Source of the DNA: Setoptus koraiensis
Lineage: Eukaryota > Animalia > Arthropoda
Assembly (NCBI GenBank): GCA_048013815.1
Contig: CM106586.1
Coordinates: forward strand, 14,818,001-14,882,000
Length of the DNA: 64,000 bases
Direction of reading: 5' to 3'
Shown: one piece after another, positions 24,006 through 36,913 of the stretch
How positions within the stretch are numbered: the stretch's first letter is position 1
Layout of the letters: each line of letters starts with the position of its first letter
The notes under the pieces: generated by a model
The model's input: the letters and a program-made list of their open reading frames with translations, nothing else
The model's database searches: none
What the model was told of the DNA's origin: nothing
Position numbers and translations under genes: made by a program

Positions 24006-24749
24006 CTATTCCTCCATTGCCGGGTACATTGCCATATAATTTTGTATGACTGGTTCGATGTCTGGATGTTTCTCGAAGGGTGTTGCATTGTACAAATCGT
24101 CTATGCTCTTGCCGTAACGTTCCACAATCTTCCTCTCAATGTGGGGCCACAAATTGTCGAATAGCAGCTCGGCGCCATCACGTGACAAATGAAGTCCGTC
24201 GCAGAACAGGCTCCAGAATGGCTCATAAACAGTTGTTATACGATAAAAATCAACGCACGTTATGTTGTAATCTTCTGCTACAGTCTTGACGGCATTAGAA
24301 TACCTCTCAACGCTATGTTTCGTTTTGCTTTTGGGTATTTTAGTCGGGCTAGTTCGAGATCGCACAAAATCTAGCTCGTGGTACCAGGCGGGCGTGATCA
24401 ATATGATCTTCGATGTGTCCAGTCCGTTTCCTCTCAGATATTCAATGATGGCACGAGTGTTTCGTTCGTATTCGAGCACGGGTACGTGCGCGGGCGCGCT
24501 CTGCTCCCACGAGTCATTGTGACCGAAGAACGAAATGAATATATCCACCTTGTCCAAATATGATCTCGGAAACAGTTGCGGCATCAGTTCGAGGGCCCAG
24601 CGCGTGTTGTAGCCCTCGAAGCCGCGCACGTCCACATCGTAACAGTTGAGCGTTTTTTGGGCGATGTGGCCCGCCCAGCAGCCGAAGTCGGGATCCTTGG
24701 ATCGCCGGGTTATGCTGTCGCCGAAACAGGTGATTTTGCGCCACTCCAT
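24006..24749 (-). CDS. IAH1: IAH1-like SGNH/GDSL esterase, copy A, intronless (~247 aa)
   Basis: MEWRKITCFGDSIT (block I Ser), RGFEGYNT (block II Gly), FFGHNDS (block III Asn), FCDGLHLS (block V Asp/His). Start inferred at ATG 24749. Confidence 0.9.
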   Translation of the reverse strand: MEWRKITCFGDSITRRSKDPDFGCWAGHIAQKTLNCYDVDVRGFEGYNTRWALELMPQLFPRSYLDKVDIFISFFGHNDSWEQSAPAHVPVLEYERNTRAIIEYLRGNGLDTSKIILITPAWYHELDFVRSRTSPTKIPKSKTKHSVERYSNAVKTVAEDYNITCVDFYRITTVYEPFWSLFCDGLHLSRDGAELLFDNLWPHIERKIVERYGKSIDDLYNATPFEKHPDIEPVIQNYMAMYPAMEE

Positions 24750-26365
24750 TGTGTGTGTGTGTGTGTGGCTGGGCGCCGATGGTCGAGTGATGACGATTTT
24801 CGAGTGATGACGATGACTGACCGACGACAAGAGTTGAATTTCAATCACTTGAGACGGCTAAATGAACTAAGCTAAATGACGAATTCGCTATGCACGGCGC
24901 TGTTGTTGAATGTTTATTTTGCCAGTCAACGATCCGCTGCACCGGTTCAATGTTGAATGATAAAATGTCTACAAAAACATAGACAGGTGAGAGATTTTTG
25001 TTGAATTCGTGCACGTTGTTGATTGTGTGCGTTCTTGATCAGTTTGTGACAACGACTGTCAGGTTGCAGTCGGTATTTACATGCTGTTAACTATCACTAG
25101 ATTGGTTTTGCTGAACACACCAACATATCGAGGCTTATCTAATATCTAACTGCTGGCTGTTGCTGTTGTAAAACTGAAACTGCGATCGCCATACTCGATA
25201 CTTGTTTTGCGATACACACTGTACACTACGGTGGAGACACAGTGGCGACGGAACCCGCAAGAGGGCTACGTGTTCGCCAGTGGAGTTATGGCTAGTGGAG
25301 TGCTATATGGCACGATCGACACATCAATTCAATATAAACTAATCGATATAACTAATGTCACACGCAAGCGCCAACTGGCCGACATTATTTGTAGTACAAA
25401 TTTTATACTACCTCACATTTTGTTGTTATTATCTCTATATCATGATATGGGCACGAATGGCGTGCTGTTGTCAGATTCGACATAGACTCTATGCCATAGA
25501 GCCCTCTATGACACCGTCCGTGCCCGTTTGCCATTCTAGTTTGCTGTCTAGCTTGCCATTCCACAGACTTTACAGGCAATCAACAAGGTAGTAGGCTCGC
25601 TGACAAATGCTTCCGACGGCTGCCATCTAGCTACTCGCCCAGTGTACCGAATGTTGGTAACCGCGGCGTATTGAAGTGACAGCACAACAAGCTAGTGACA
25701 AGTCGCCCATTGCGTCCACACAATGGATAAACTTGTTCTTGTTACACCATCGCCAGCCTGCTAACAACAACAACAACGATCTGCCAACAATTTCAGTCTA
25801 ATAATCGTATGTACATATCTAACAATTGTAAGAATATCACACCTTTTGTATGCTGCAACTGGGTGCTGCTGCTGGCAACCGCTTGCGCTGGATTAGGCGT
25901 TCGCCAATCCATTTGTGTTCAGCCGATCGATTACTTTTTGTGACTGGCGCATCTTTCGATCGCGTATTACTTTTTACTATTTCTAATGTCAGGCAACAAA
26001 GAAAATTTCTCTCTCTAATCCAGTCACAAACTTGCCAGACTAAACGACGCGAGAACGACGACGTGATGATTTCTTGTGTATCTGTTTGCTAACCTGATGC
26101 GGGCCTCGCGAACAAACAACTAGGCGATGGCCGCTTTTTATTAGTTCTTTCGAAATTATCATTGGGCAAAATGTTGTCTCCTAAGGTGCTAAGTGCTTTT
26201 ACATGTCGACGAGCCGAACAGAAAAATGAAAGCGACCATGTAACAGGTACAAGCTCTAATAAGCGTGCTTCTGTGACGCGACGAATGGTTGAAAATTTCT
26301 CATCATTTAAAACCGAAAGGCGATGGTGGGGCGACTGTGTGTCTGATTTACTGAAAAGAATTTGC

Positions 26366-27415
26366 TCATTTCTTGAGCGACTTCAGTAGGGCTTGTATGG
26401 CCGGCAACACTTCGGGGCGCTTCTCCACGGGCGTAACGTGATAAATGTCGGCCAGGTCCTTGCCGTCGTGCTGAGCGACAATTTTCTTCTCCACCTCGGG
26501 CCACAGATCGTCGAATAACAGCTTGGCGCCCTCTCGCGAAAAGTGAACTCCGTCACAGAACAGACTCTTGAGCGGCTCAAAATCGACCGTTTTACTGTAA
26601 AAGTCCACGCAAGACACGTTGTAGTGTTTGGCGACCCGCTTGACCGCGTCCGAATACTTCACTGCGTCGTGTTTCTTTTTTCCGGCGGGCGGAAAATTGA
26701 TTTGCTTCAGAAATTCCACAAAATCCGGCTCGTAGTACCAAGCGGGCGTGATCAGTATGATCTTGGACGTGTCGAGTCCGTTCGCCACCAGGTAATCAAT
26801 GATGGCGCGGGTGTTTTTCTCGTACTCGTCCACGGGTATGTGCATAGGTGCGTTGGGCTCCCACGAGTCGTTGTGGCCAAAAAACGAAATGAAAACGTCC
26901 ACCTTGTCCAAATACGACTTGGGAAACAGTTGAGGCATCAGTTCGAGGCCCCAGCGTGTGTTGTAGCCCTCAAAGCCGCGCACGTCCACATCGTAATAGT
27001 TGAGCGTCCGTTGGGCGATGTGGCCCGCCCAGCAGCCGTAGTCGGGATCCAGCGATCGCCGGGTTATGCTGTCGCCGAAACAGGTGATTTTGCGCCACTC
27101 CATTTGCTGGTTGCTCAGTTTGGAATTTTTTGGTGCTGCTGCCGTGCGACGACTTGTCGTAGCTAACAATCTGATTGGATTAGTGAATGTGGGGCCCTGC
27201 TCACTGTGTGATCCTGATGGCACAATTGTGTTATTTACAATTCTCGGCGAATCTTCTTTCTTTCTTGTTGGCCGCTGATGATATCCAGCTAGCTGGCTGA
27301 TATTGGTTGCTTTGAAAAATGTTGCTGTTGGTCCTTGCGTCAATGCTGACAATGTTCGTTTGCTGGAATGCTCGCCGATGAACGTCCGTAACACGACTAA
27401 CGATTTTGCTATCAT
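26366..27415 (-). CDS. IAH1: IAH1-like SGNH/GDSL esterase, copy B; core from ATG 27103 with a possible in-frame 104-aa N-terminal extension
   Basis: FGDSIT, RGFEGYNT, FFGHNDS and FCDGVHFS are intact; the frame is open from ATG 27415. The true start codon is uncertain. Confidence 0.88.
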   Translation of the reverse strand: MIAKSLVVLRTFIGEHSSKRTLSALTQGPTATFFKATNISQLAGYHQRPTRKKEDSPRIVNNTIVPSGSHSEQGPTFTNPIRLLATTSRRTAAAPKNSKLSNQQMEWRKITCFGDSITRRSLDPDYGCWAGHIAQRTLNYYDVDVRGFEGYNTRWGLELMPQLFPKSYLDKVDVFISFFGHNDSWEPNAPMHIPVDEYEKNTRAIIDYLVANGLDTSKIILITPAWYYEPDFVEFLKQINFPPAGKKKHDAVKYSDAVKRVAKHYNVSCVDFYSKTVDFEPLKSLFCDGVHFSREGAKLLFDDLWPEVEKKIVAQHDGKDLADIYHVTPVEKRPEVLPAIQALLKSLKK

Positions 27416-28461
27416 TTGCGCTAGCTTTTAATATCGCCAGTCGATAACGCCGTCGCGTCTTGCCAACATGTATTGTATGTACCAATAAAATACTACCTTG
27501 ATTATTATCTGTTGTTGCTGTTGTTGTTGCTGCTGCTACTACTGCTGCGATTATTGTTGTGTAACTTACACATGTGCGAGCGACTGTTGGTTTTCCTTCA
27601 CTGTAGGCACGCACATTGGAGGTGTGTGTATATTGCAAAGGTTTGAGCGTCGCGTATCGCGTCGTCTGTGTCGTCGTCGTGCATCATGTTATGTAACAAG
27701 GCATGTTTGTTATTGCCGTGGCGAATTAGGCACGACAACGTCATGCTCACTAGCTCGCTCGCTCGCTCACTTGCTGCCCCCGCATACTGCTGCCTTTGCC
27801 AGCTGCTCCTTTGGCAGCTTATTATTATTATTGCTAGCTTGCCAATTGGAATAATCATCCAGATGCGCCCTGTTCATATGAGCCCGTTCACCACATAAAC
27901 ACTGCTGTTGCTGCTGCTGCTGCTGCTCCGGCTGATGATGATGATCCGCTGCGGCATGCCAATAGCTTGTGTGCAGCACTATGGGGCGTCTGTCGCAAAC
28001 TCACTTATAATAAAAAGCCTCTATATCATGCTGACGGGCGCCTTCAAGGGCGCCCGAGATAAGCTAACAAGTTTTGAGTGTGCGTTCTTCTGTCTAGACA
28101 CACTTTATAATTAATGGCGCGAAAATTCATGCACAAGTTATACAGTCACTGAATCAATACACTCTTATCATCATCGGGAGTTGGGTAATCTACAAACGAG
28201 ATACACAAATTGATTATAAAACCTTGTAAAACTAGTTAAGATTAGAAAAGTGAAAACGAAGCCATAATCAACAATGAGGCTTCTCATCAGACTTCGTCTT
28301 CATGCTTGGATGCCAAGTCGACACAATGTATGCACCCTGTTTTTAATACTACCAGCAGGATATAATGTTCATATATAGAATGTGGCAAACCAGTTTCCCT
28401 TCATTTGTTCGGTAGTTGCTTATAGCTTGTGTCTAGTGTTGTGACAAAAGGTTCCATTCGG

Positions 28462-28475
28462 CAGATAAAATATGA
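28462..28475 (+). repeat. CAGATAAAA(T/C)ATGA dispersed direct-repeat element, copy 1 of 4
   Basis: Same 14-mer at 28462, 33132, 36631 and 37923, each with homologous flanks. Confidence 0.7.
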
Positions 28476-29141
28476 ACAGGTAAAATTGAAGTTTGACTTT
28501 ACCTGTTCGTATTTGATTGATCGAAGCGTAAATTTGTGCATTGAACAGATAAAGATGCCTCAGTCACTCCAGTAAATCCATGTGCATTGGATGTATTTGA
28601 TGGATGATCTCAATTTTCTACTCACACGGCGAACCCTCTTGGTTGACACCCGGAATATGCCAAACATAGTCTCTTCGGAATGTCGTTTTCACCACGAACA
28701 CGAAGACGCTAGTCTCGTTCTCAACTTCGGCCGAAAAAAAAATAGAGATTTTCCATCGTATATCTTCTGTAATCAGACCCTTCATTTTGATCCACAATGG
28801 TCCCCAGAACATCTACGGATGCGTTATTAGAAAAAAAAATGGAACATTTACTCTGCCACAGTTTAACCCACAATGTAGTCTCTCTTTACGGGTGACATCG
28901 GTTATAACCAGTTTCTGGTCTGTCGCAACTCCCCTGTTTCGGTGAGGCGAGAGAAGGTCTGTCGAAAAGCCGAAAAACGAATATTTTCTGCAATAACCTC
29001 ATTTAACCTTTTCGGTTGTATCGTTTAGTTTAGATTGGTCTGATTTGGTTGTGTTATGCTGACTTGGGTTATATGTATAATAATCAAACCGATTGTTTTC
29101 CTGCAACGTAAAATTGTTGGAGGAAAACAATCGGCGAACAA

Positions 29142-29507
29142 TTAGCACGAAAAGGGTATGAAAGGTTCAATTCGTAACAAGGGGTAAGACATGATAAACA
29201 TTTCGTTGCTCAATTTGGAATTTGCTGCTGCCACCGCCGTAGCTAACAACCTGGCGGTATTAGTGACTGTGGGACTTTTCACACTGAATGATCCCGGCAC
29301 AATATCCGATTTTCTACGCGAATCTAAAACTGCTGTTCGTCGAACCCCGCTGATATTCTTTTCTACGAAAAACGGTGCTGTTGGTCCCTGAGTCAATGTT
29401 CGTTTGCTAGAATACTCGTTAATACTCATTAGTAAATTCGTTAGCGCCACTAACGATTCGATCATTCTACTACCGTCAGCGAAACAGGTGATTTTGCGCC
29501 ACCCCAT
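29142..29507 (-). pseudogene. Chimeric, internally deleted IAH1 remnant
   Basis: MGWRKITCF (IAH1 start) is joined to a homologue of copy B's N-terminal extension (SKRTL..TQGPTA.FF...RLLAT...NSKLSN), then to the out-of-frame IAH1 3' end and a copy C-type 3' flank. No GDS/GxND/DxxH catalytic blocks remain. Confidence 0.75.
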
Positions 29508-29637
29508 TTTGTAAAGACCGGAATTCATTGAGATATTTATTGGGATAAAATGCTACTAAAATATTCGTTTTAAAATATAATATGAATATATAAAGTGAAA
29601 ATTCAAGTTCACTAGTGTAGAGGACTAGTTGCTTTAT

Positions 29638-32428
29638 TCACTCTGATGAGTCCATGTAGATTGGAAATTCTGATGACGATCTAAGACCTCTCAAATATGT
29701 CTTATTGACCTTACCGGTCGAGCGCAATTTCGGTGTTTCGTCTAGAATCATCAACCCTCCAGTCAATTGTTTCTTCCAACTAACCCTACCATTGACATGG
29801 TCATTGATCTGTTTAGCATATTGACTACGCTGTTGTTCCGAATCACCCGATTGAGGTGCTGTCGCCCCGTCAGTCTTCAGCACAATGAATGCACGCGGGC
29901 AATCTATGCCCGGTTCTTTTTTGCTTGGTATACCCAATACTGTCACCTCAAGCACATTTGGTAGCTCTTGAATGATCTGATATATTTGGTTAAGGATGAA
30001 TTGAATCACTTAGTTATCGAATCGATCCCGAAACTGATGAGAAAACAGAAACCAGGAACATCTTGCGATGCTTACCTCTTCGAGTTCCTGGGGTAAAACC
30101 TTTTTAGGGCCTCGACATCTCATTACTTCCTTCATTCGACCTAAACAAAATAATTCCTCCTTGTCGTTCATATAACCAAGGTCGCCTGTGCTATAGAATC
30201 CGTCGTCATCAAAAGTTCCCGGAAAATTAATAAATCTATAATCGGTACCACCATCAGGAATGTGTTTGAAACTGGCATCGTAATAACCCTTGAATGTGGT
30301 TGGTGACCTGACATAGATGAGGCCTGTTTGATTCGGACCCAACAGAGCTCCAGTATCCGGATCGACAATTTTCACTTCAAAGTTCTCCAGTAATGGACCA
30401 CAATTGAGACGATCCGACTTGAGAAATTGTTCTGTTGTCACATGTAGTCTCGCGAGCCCTAAATTGAGAAAACGGTTGATGTTTTGTTGATTATATCATC
30501 ATTCCGGCACCTGAATATAATTAAGACAACCAATCTCTAATTACCTGAAGCTTCTGAAGTCCCATAGCCATTTGAACAATGGGTAATATGTGGATGCTTT
30601 TCTAGAAATTTCGTCAAATCCTCGAACGAGGGTACCCTAGCGCCCATAGGAAATATAGTTCTTATTGAACTTATGTCATATTTGTCTAATTCACTATAGT
30701 TTATAAGTTTATGAATCGCTGACACACCAAGATAGATAACACTAATCTTGTATTTGCCTACATTGGCCAAGAAAGAGGCCAAATCGAAACCGTTCATTAT
30801 AACTGCTGCATAACCTGCGTCAAGGGCTCCGAGTAAAATAATCCTAGCCGACACATAATCAAGGGTTGATGAGCATGAATACACATCCTTGGCATTACGT
30901 CCGACGAAAGTACCTGCACCAGCTATGCAATTTTTATGCGTGGCTATTTATAGAGGAGAAGCAAGTATATCAATTAGATCAAGATTGATTCATCGATAAA
31001 ACGAACACGGACGCTAGTTTAAAAGAAACTGGTATTTATGAGTTCGAGGCGTCACATGTTCTTCCGGGCATCCCTTACATCCCTTACATTCGAATGGAAG
31101 AGAAGGGAGAACGAAATCGTCTACATTCGAACCATTTCGGATAATCATTTTTCAATTTTCTCCAGATCTGAAACCAATGAATTAACATCCGTCTTCGAGA
31201 TTTGATTTAAACGCAAAATAAAAAAAAAATCCCTTTTTATGACGGTAAAGGTCGAAATTCGGTGCATTCGGTGAAAACAAGTATGGTTTCGAAGATAGAT
31301 TTACCCAAGTTTGGGCTTAATATGATGCTTCAAAGCTTTGTCTCAACACGAAAAATCGCGGTTCGGGACAGATTCTATTCTCCCTCTCCGTCATCGAATA
31401 ATCGACAGTCAGCCATAAGATCTAGATCAAACTCACTTGGAATAGCCTTGGGTTTTCCTGTTGTACCTGATGACATAGTTATGAATGCCACTGCATCATC
31501 TTTGTCACCAACATCTACGGGCAATTTAATTGATTCGTCCTCATGCTTCTGATTGAAGATGGAGTCTATATGAAATGTACTGTCGTCCTTCGCTGGCACC
31601 TCATTATCCATCAAGATTGCCTGGTTTTGAAAATGTGGAAGAGTTCGTAAAACGATCAACAACATTTGTGCGGTCACTTGCAGTCATACTGAAACTTACC
31701 TTAACGTTCAGACCAAGGTCCTCGCTGAGACGCTTAGCCCATGACTGGTTTCTAGAGTGACAAAACAAAAATTTCGGCTCAGTCTTTTTCGCCAGGTATA
31801 ATAACTCGGCTTTTTTCGAAGCGAGAAAAAAAGTGTCGAGAAAAAAAAATGCAAAATAATTATCAAATTCGATTGGTCGAACTTGTTGATGCTTTCAAAT
31901 TGCGGCTGAACACTACTCACGGTAAGGATCGAGCGGATATAGCGAGCAAACTACTCCGCCAGCCATGACAATCGCTAGAGCCAACAACACTGTCGTGTCA
32001 CAACTATCATAACTGATGCAACATACATCATGAGGTTTCACACCAATCAGTTTGATCAAGCCAGTGGCGTAACTCTTCACAGTCTCGGAAATATCGGCGC
32101 CTAGGATTATGTTGGCGAGTCAATTGAACCTGATATCAAAATCTTGTTCGCAATGAAATTATCCCATTGAAGCTGTTCGACTTACCGGTCCATTTCCTCC
32201 CTGTGACACCATCAATCTGTTTTGTAAGTTTACTCAAGCATTAAAATAACAATGATGGAACATAGTAATGTTGATGCTTTCGATTTAAGCAGATATGAAA
32301 TTACTTACAAATAAAACATTGTCACGAAACACTTCAAGTCGCTGAAGTAAATATTCACCCAACGATGAATGATTGAAACGCTCACCGTCGTTCACTAGGG
32401 TCCCAAATATTCTACTTGTGTCCTTCAT
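29638..32428 (-). CDS. Luciferase/4-coumarate-CoA-ligase-like acyl-CoA synthetase, copy 1; exons 32428-32309, 32216-32186, 32100-31921, 31809-31700, 31620-31437, 30943-30545, 30458-30076, 29976-29638 (581 aa)
   Basis: All seven introns are GT-AG and phase-consistent (1746 nt). Motifs: MSSGTTGKPKAIPTTHKN, GYGTSE, YSTGDLGY, GRMKE, PQELEE, PKLRSTGKVNK. Confidence 0.88.
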
Positions 32429-33131
32429 CTCTATACTTATGAGTTTGCAATAGTTTTGAATCTTCGCTAACAAACTAATCCTATGAACATCAGTTAGACT
32501 GATTCATGGATAATACTTCACCATTGATTTTGGATGAAATGATGATTCAGATCGCAGCTCAAACTAACCGTTTTGTTGATCCGCAGTTAATCATACTGGC
32601 TCTCTTTGTTACTATGCAACACTGACATTTTTTTATATTTCTGGAGGGCTTATTGAACGCTCATAACAGAAACGATTTTATCATCATTCGTTTAGTCTAT
32701 TCTAGCTTGCCAAATCAGATAATCAAGGTGCTCGATACAACAATACTTTTCAATACACTGTTGCTGACGCACATTACATGCAATGTTCATCATGAGGCCA
32801 TTGCTAAAAAAACTACCTAATAGTATACGCAAATTAGACAGTCAATCAAAGAGCTCCAACCCTTGAAAAATAGAAGCGAAGACACGAGCGGCTCGTTGTG
32901 CCGTCAGTCAGTGGATCGAGGCGCGGGTTGGTTGGTCGGGACGGTAGTACCGATTAGTTTCTCCCCGGTCACTCCGTCACTTTCATGCTTGGGTGCCGAG
33001 CGGATACGATATCCACTTTGTTGTCGTGCAAACTAAGTGCAAGCTAAAGCGTGTAAATAGAGTATATAAACCAGTTTCTATCAGTTTGTTCATTGTTTGT
33101 ATGAAGTTTACAATCAAAAGGATTCATTCGC

Positions 33132-33145
33132 CAGATAAAACATGA
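33132..33145 (+). repeat. CAGATAAAA(T/C)ATGA element, copy 2 of 4
   Basis: Left flank matches the 36631 copy; right flank leads into the 3' end of ACS copy 2. Confidence 0.7.
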
Positions 33146-33209
33146 TAAAACATGAAGTGGAACTGGATGTTTATACAAGTTGAAATGTAGAGGACTAAAG
33201 TGGCTTTAT

Positions 33210-35866
33210 TCACTCTGATAAGTCCATGTAGATTGGGACTTGTGTAGACGATCGTAGACCTCTCAAATAAATCTTGTTAACTTTGCCTGTACGCAATTTC
33301 GGTATCTCGTCTAAAATCATCAATCCTCCGGTCAATTGTTTCTCCCAACCAACCTGGCTATTAACAAAGTCATTAATCTGTTTAGCATATTGACTACGTT
33401 GTTGTTCCAAATCACCCGATTGGGTCGCTGTCGCCCCGTCAGTCTTCAGCACAATGAATGCGCGCGGGCAATCAAGACCCGGCTCCTTTTTGCTTGGTAT
33501 ACCCAATACTGTTACTTCCAGCACATAAGGCAGTTCTTGGATAATCTAATGCGTTCGGTGATGATGGATTGAATCAGATTAATTATTGAATCGACGCCGA
33601 AATTGATGGCAAAACGAAAATAGTCGCATCTCATTATGCTTACCTCTTCGAGTTCTTGGGGCAAAACTTTTTTTGCGAAACGGCATATCATCATTTCTTT
33701 CATTCGACCTAAACAAAATAATTCATTCTTGTCATTGATATAACCGAGGTCGCCTGTGTTATAGAATCCGTCGTCATCAAAAGTTCCGGGCAACTTTATG
33801 AATCTATAGTCAGTGGTCCCTTGATTAGTCGAAGCTGTGCCTGCAGGAATATGCTTGTAAGTGGCATCGTAATAGCCCTTGAATGTGTTATGTGACTTAA
33901 CATAGATGAGGCCCTTTTGATTGGTACCCAACAAAGCTTCAGTATCCGGATCGACAATTTTCACTTGATGGGTCTCCAGTAATGGACCACAATTGATACG
34001 ATCGGACTTGAGAAATTGTTCTGTGGTCACATGTAGTCTCGCGACCCCTAAATTGAGAAAACGGTTGATGTTTTGTTGATTATATCATCATTTCGCCATC
34101 TGAATATAATCGTGAAAAACTTCCTTTAATTACCTGCAGCCTCTGACGTCCCATAGCCATTTAAACAATGGGTAATATGGGGATGCTTTTCTAGAAATTT
34201 CGCTAAATCCTCGAACGAGGGTACCCTAGCGCCAATAGGAAATAAGACCCTGATTGAACTTATGTCATATTTGTCCAATTCACTGTAGTTTATAAGTGTA
34301 TGAAGTGATGCCACACCAACAAGGACAACGTTGATCTTGTACTTGCCTACATTGGCCAAGAAAGAGGTCAGATCGAAACCGTTCATTATAACTGCTGTAT
34401 AACCTACTTCAAGAGCCCCGAGAATAATAATTCTGGCCGACACATAATCAAGGGTTGATGAACAGGAATACACATCCTTGGCACTACGTTCGACGAAAGT
34501 ACCTGCACCACCTAGGCAATTTTTATGCGTGGCTATTTATAGAGGAGAAGCACGTATATTAGATAAAGGTTGATTCATCACAAAGATTATTTCGGGTTAC
34601 AGTTTTCTTGAAATATCAAATCAGGAATCCACGAATCAACGTTCGTTATCGGAATCTAGTTTAACTCCGATTCGGGAAAATTTTTCGGTTTTTTATGACG
34701 GAAAAGGTCGATATTTGGTGCTCTCGGTGAAAACAAAGACGGTTCAAACGATGTATCTACGCAAGTTTGAGTTGACTACTATGCTACCGAGCTCGTCAGT
34801 TCGGAACCGATTCTATTCTCCCTCTCCGTCATCGAATAATCGACAGTCAGCCATAAGATCTAGATCAAACTCACTTGGGATAGCCTTGGGTTTTCCAGTT
34901 GTACCTGATGACATAGTTATAAATGCCACAGCATGATCTATGTCACCAATATCTACGGGCAATTTAATTGATTCGTCCTCGTGCTTATGATTGAAGATGG
35001 AGTAAAAATGAAATGTACCGTCGTCCATCGCTGGTACCTCATTATCCATCAAGGTTGCCTGGTGTTGAAAACGATGACAGATTGGTGAAACGATCAACAA
35101 CATTTGTGCCGTTACTTGCCGTCATACTGAAACTTACCTTAACGTTTATACCAAGATCCTCGCTGAGACGCTTAGCCCATGACTGGTTTCTAGAGTGACA
35201 AAACAAAAATTTCGGCTCAGTCTTTTTCGCCAGGTATAATAACTCGGCTTTTTTCGAAGAGAGAAAAAAAGAGTCGAGAAAAAAAAATGCAAAATAATTA
35301 TCCAATTCGATTAGTCCAACTTGTTGATGCTTTCGAATTTCGTCTGAACGCTACTCACGATAAGGATCGAGCGGAAATAGCGTGCAAACTACACCTCCAG
35401 CCATGACAATCGCTAGAGCCAACAACACTGTCGTGTCACAATTATCGTAACTGATGCAACATACATCATGAGGTTTCACACCAATCAGTTTGATCAAGCC
35501 AGTGGCGTAACTCTTCACAGTCTCGGAAATCTCGGCGCCTAGGATTAGGTTGACGAGTTAATTGGAACCGAAATGAAAATTGTGTTCGCGATGAAATTAT
35601 CCCATTGAAGCTGTTCGACTTACCGGTCCATTTCCTCCCTGTGACACCATCAATCTGTTTTGTAAGTTTACTCAAGCATTAAAATAACAATGATGGAACA
35701 TAGTAATGTTGATGCTTTCGAATTAAGCAGATATGAAATTACTTACAAATAAAACATTGTCACGAAACACCTCAAGTCTATGGAGTAAATATTCACCCAA
35801 CGATGAATAATTGAAACGCTTATCATCGTTCACTAGGGTCCCAAATATTCTACTTGTGTCCGTCAT
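33210..35866 (-). CDS. Luciferase/4CL-like acyl-CoA synthetase, copy 2; exons 35866-35747, 35654-35624, 35538-35359, 35247-35138, 35058-34875, 34532-34134, 34047-33644, 33545-33210 (587 aa)
   Basis: Same 8-exon layout, phase-consistent (1764 nt). MSSGTTGKPK, GYGTSE, TGDLGY, GRMKE and PKLRTGKVNK are intact. Confidence 0.88.
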
Positions 35867-36630
35867 CTCTATACTTATGAGTTTGTAATTGTGAACCCTT
35901 GCTAACAAACTAATTATATAAACATCAGGTACACTATTCCATAAATGATACTTCACAATCAATGTCGGATGAAATGATGATTCAGATCGGTGCTTAAACT
36001 AACCGTTTAGTAGCAATTGGTCACACTGGGACTCTTTGTTGCCATGCAATACTGACAATTTTCTATTTCTAGAAAGCTTACTGAACGCTCAAAGCATAAT
36101 CTCTCATCATTCGTTTAGTTCATGCTAGCTTGCCAAATCAGATAATCAAGGTGCGCAAATCCCAATTATGCTCGTTTCATCAATACATTACATTGTTGCT
36201 GACGCACGTTGTACGCATAGTTTATCATGAAACAGTTGCAACAAACTAACAATAGAAAGGAATGTTAATATATCTTCAAGAGTGCCGGAATTTGTCACGA
36301 CACACTTGATGATCATCGACTGAAATGCACAGATTAGACAGTCAATTTGAGAGCTCGCTTGAAAAATCGAGGCGAAGACATAATCGACTTGTTGTCCCCT
36401 CAATGAGTGAATCGAGTCGGGGATTGTTGGTCGCGACCTTTGTATCGTTTTTCTACTCCCCAGTTCTCCTTTAGTCTCTTCCATTCTCTGGCGCCGAGCG
36501 GGCACAATATCCACTTTGTTGTCTTCGAAACTACGCGCAGGATAGAGCGTGTTAATAGAGAGTGTATAAATCAGTTTCTATCAGTTGTTCGGTGTTTGTA
36601 TAAAGTTTACTATTTAAAGGATTCATTCGC

Positions 36631-36644
36631 CAGATAAAATATGA
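36631..36644 (+). repeat. CAGATAAAA(T/C)ATGA element, copy 3 of 4
   Basis: Lies in an ~80-bp block shared with 33065-33145. Confidence 0.7.
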
Positions 36645-36913
36645 AATTGGTTGTTGATTCATCGAAGCGTAAGCTTGTGCACTCGGATAAATCCATGCGC
36701 CTTAGATGTACGTAATGTCCCACACAAAAATATCTATGTTTTTTTAGAATATCCCAAAAGCCTCACTTCAGGGGCCCTCCAAAATATATGTTATGGATAA
36801 TCTCAATTTTCTGCATACATATGCAGCAATCGCCTTTGCACATTTCAACTCAGTGCAGGCATCGGTGAGAATGTCGAACCTTCTTTTGTTGGGAGAGAAC
36901 AATTGGCGAAGAA

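Noticed and set aside
25449-25525. tRNA interpretation of the 77-nt fold (7-bp closing stem, D-arm-like hairpin)
   Set aside because: No T-arm or GTTCGA motif and no proper anticodon arm.
26543-27166. 207-aa plus-strand ORF (and the similar 189-aa ORF at 37073-37642)
   Set aside because: Antisense shadows of IAH1 copies B and C with non-ATG starts. The frame is broken in copy A, and the similarity between them is explained by the sense genes.
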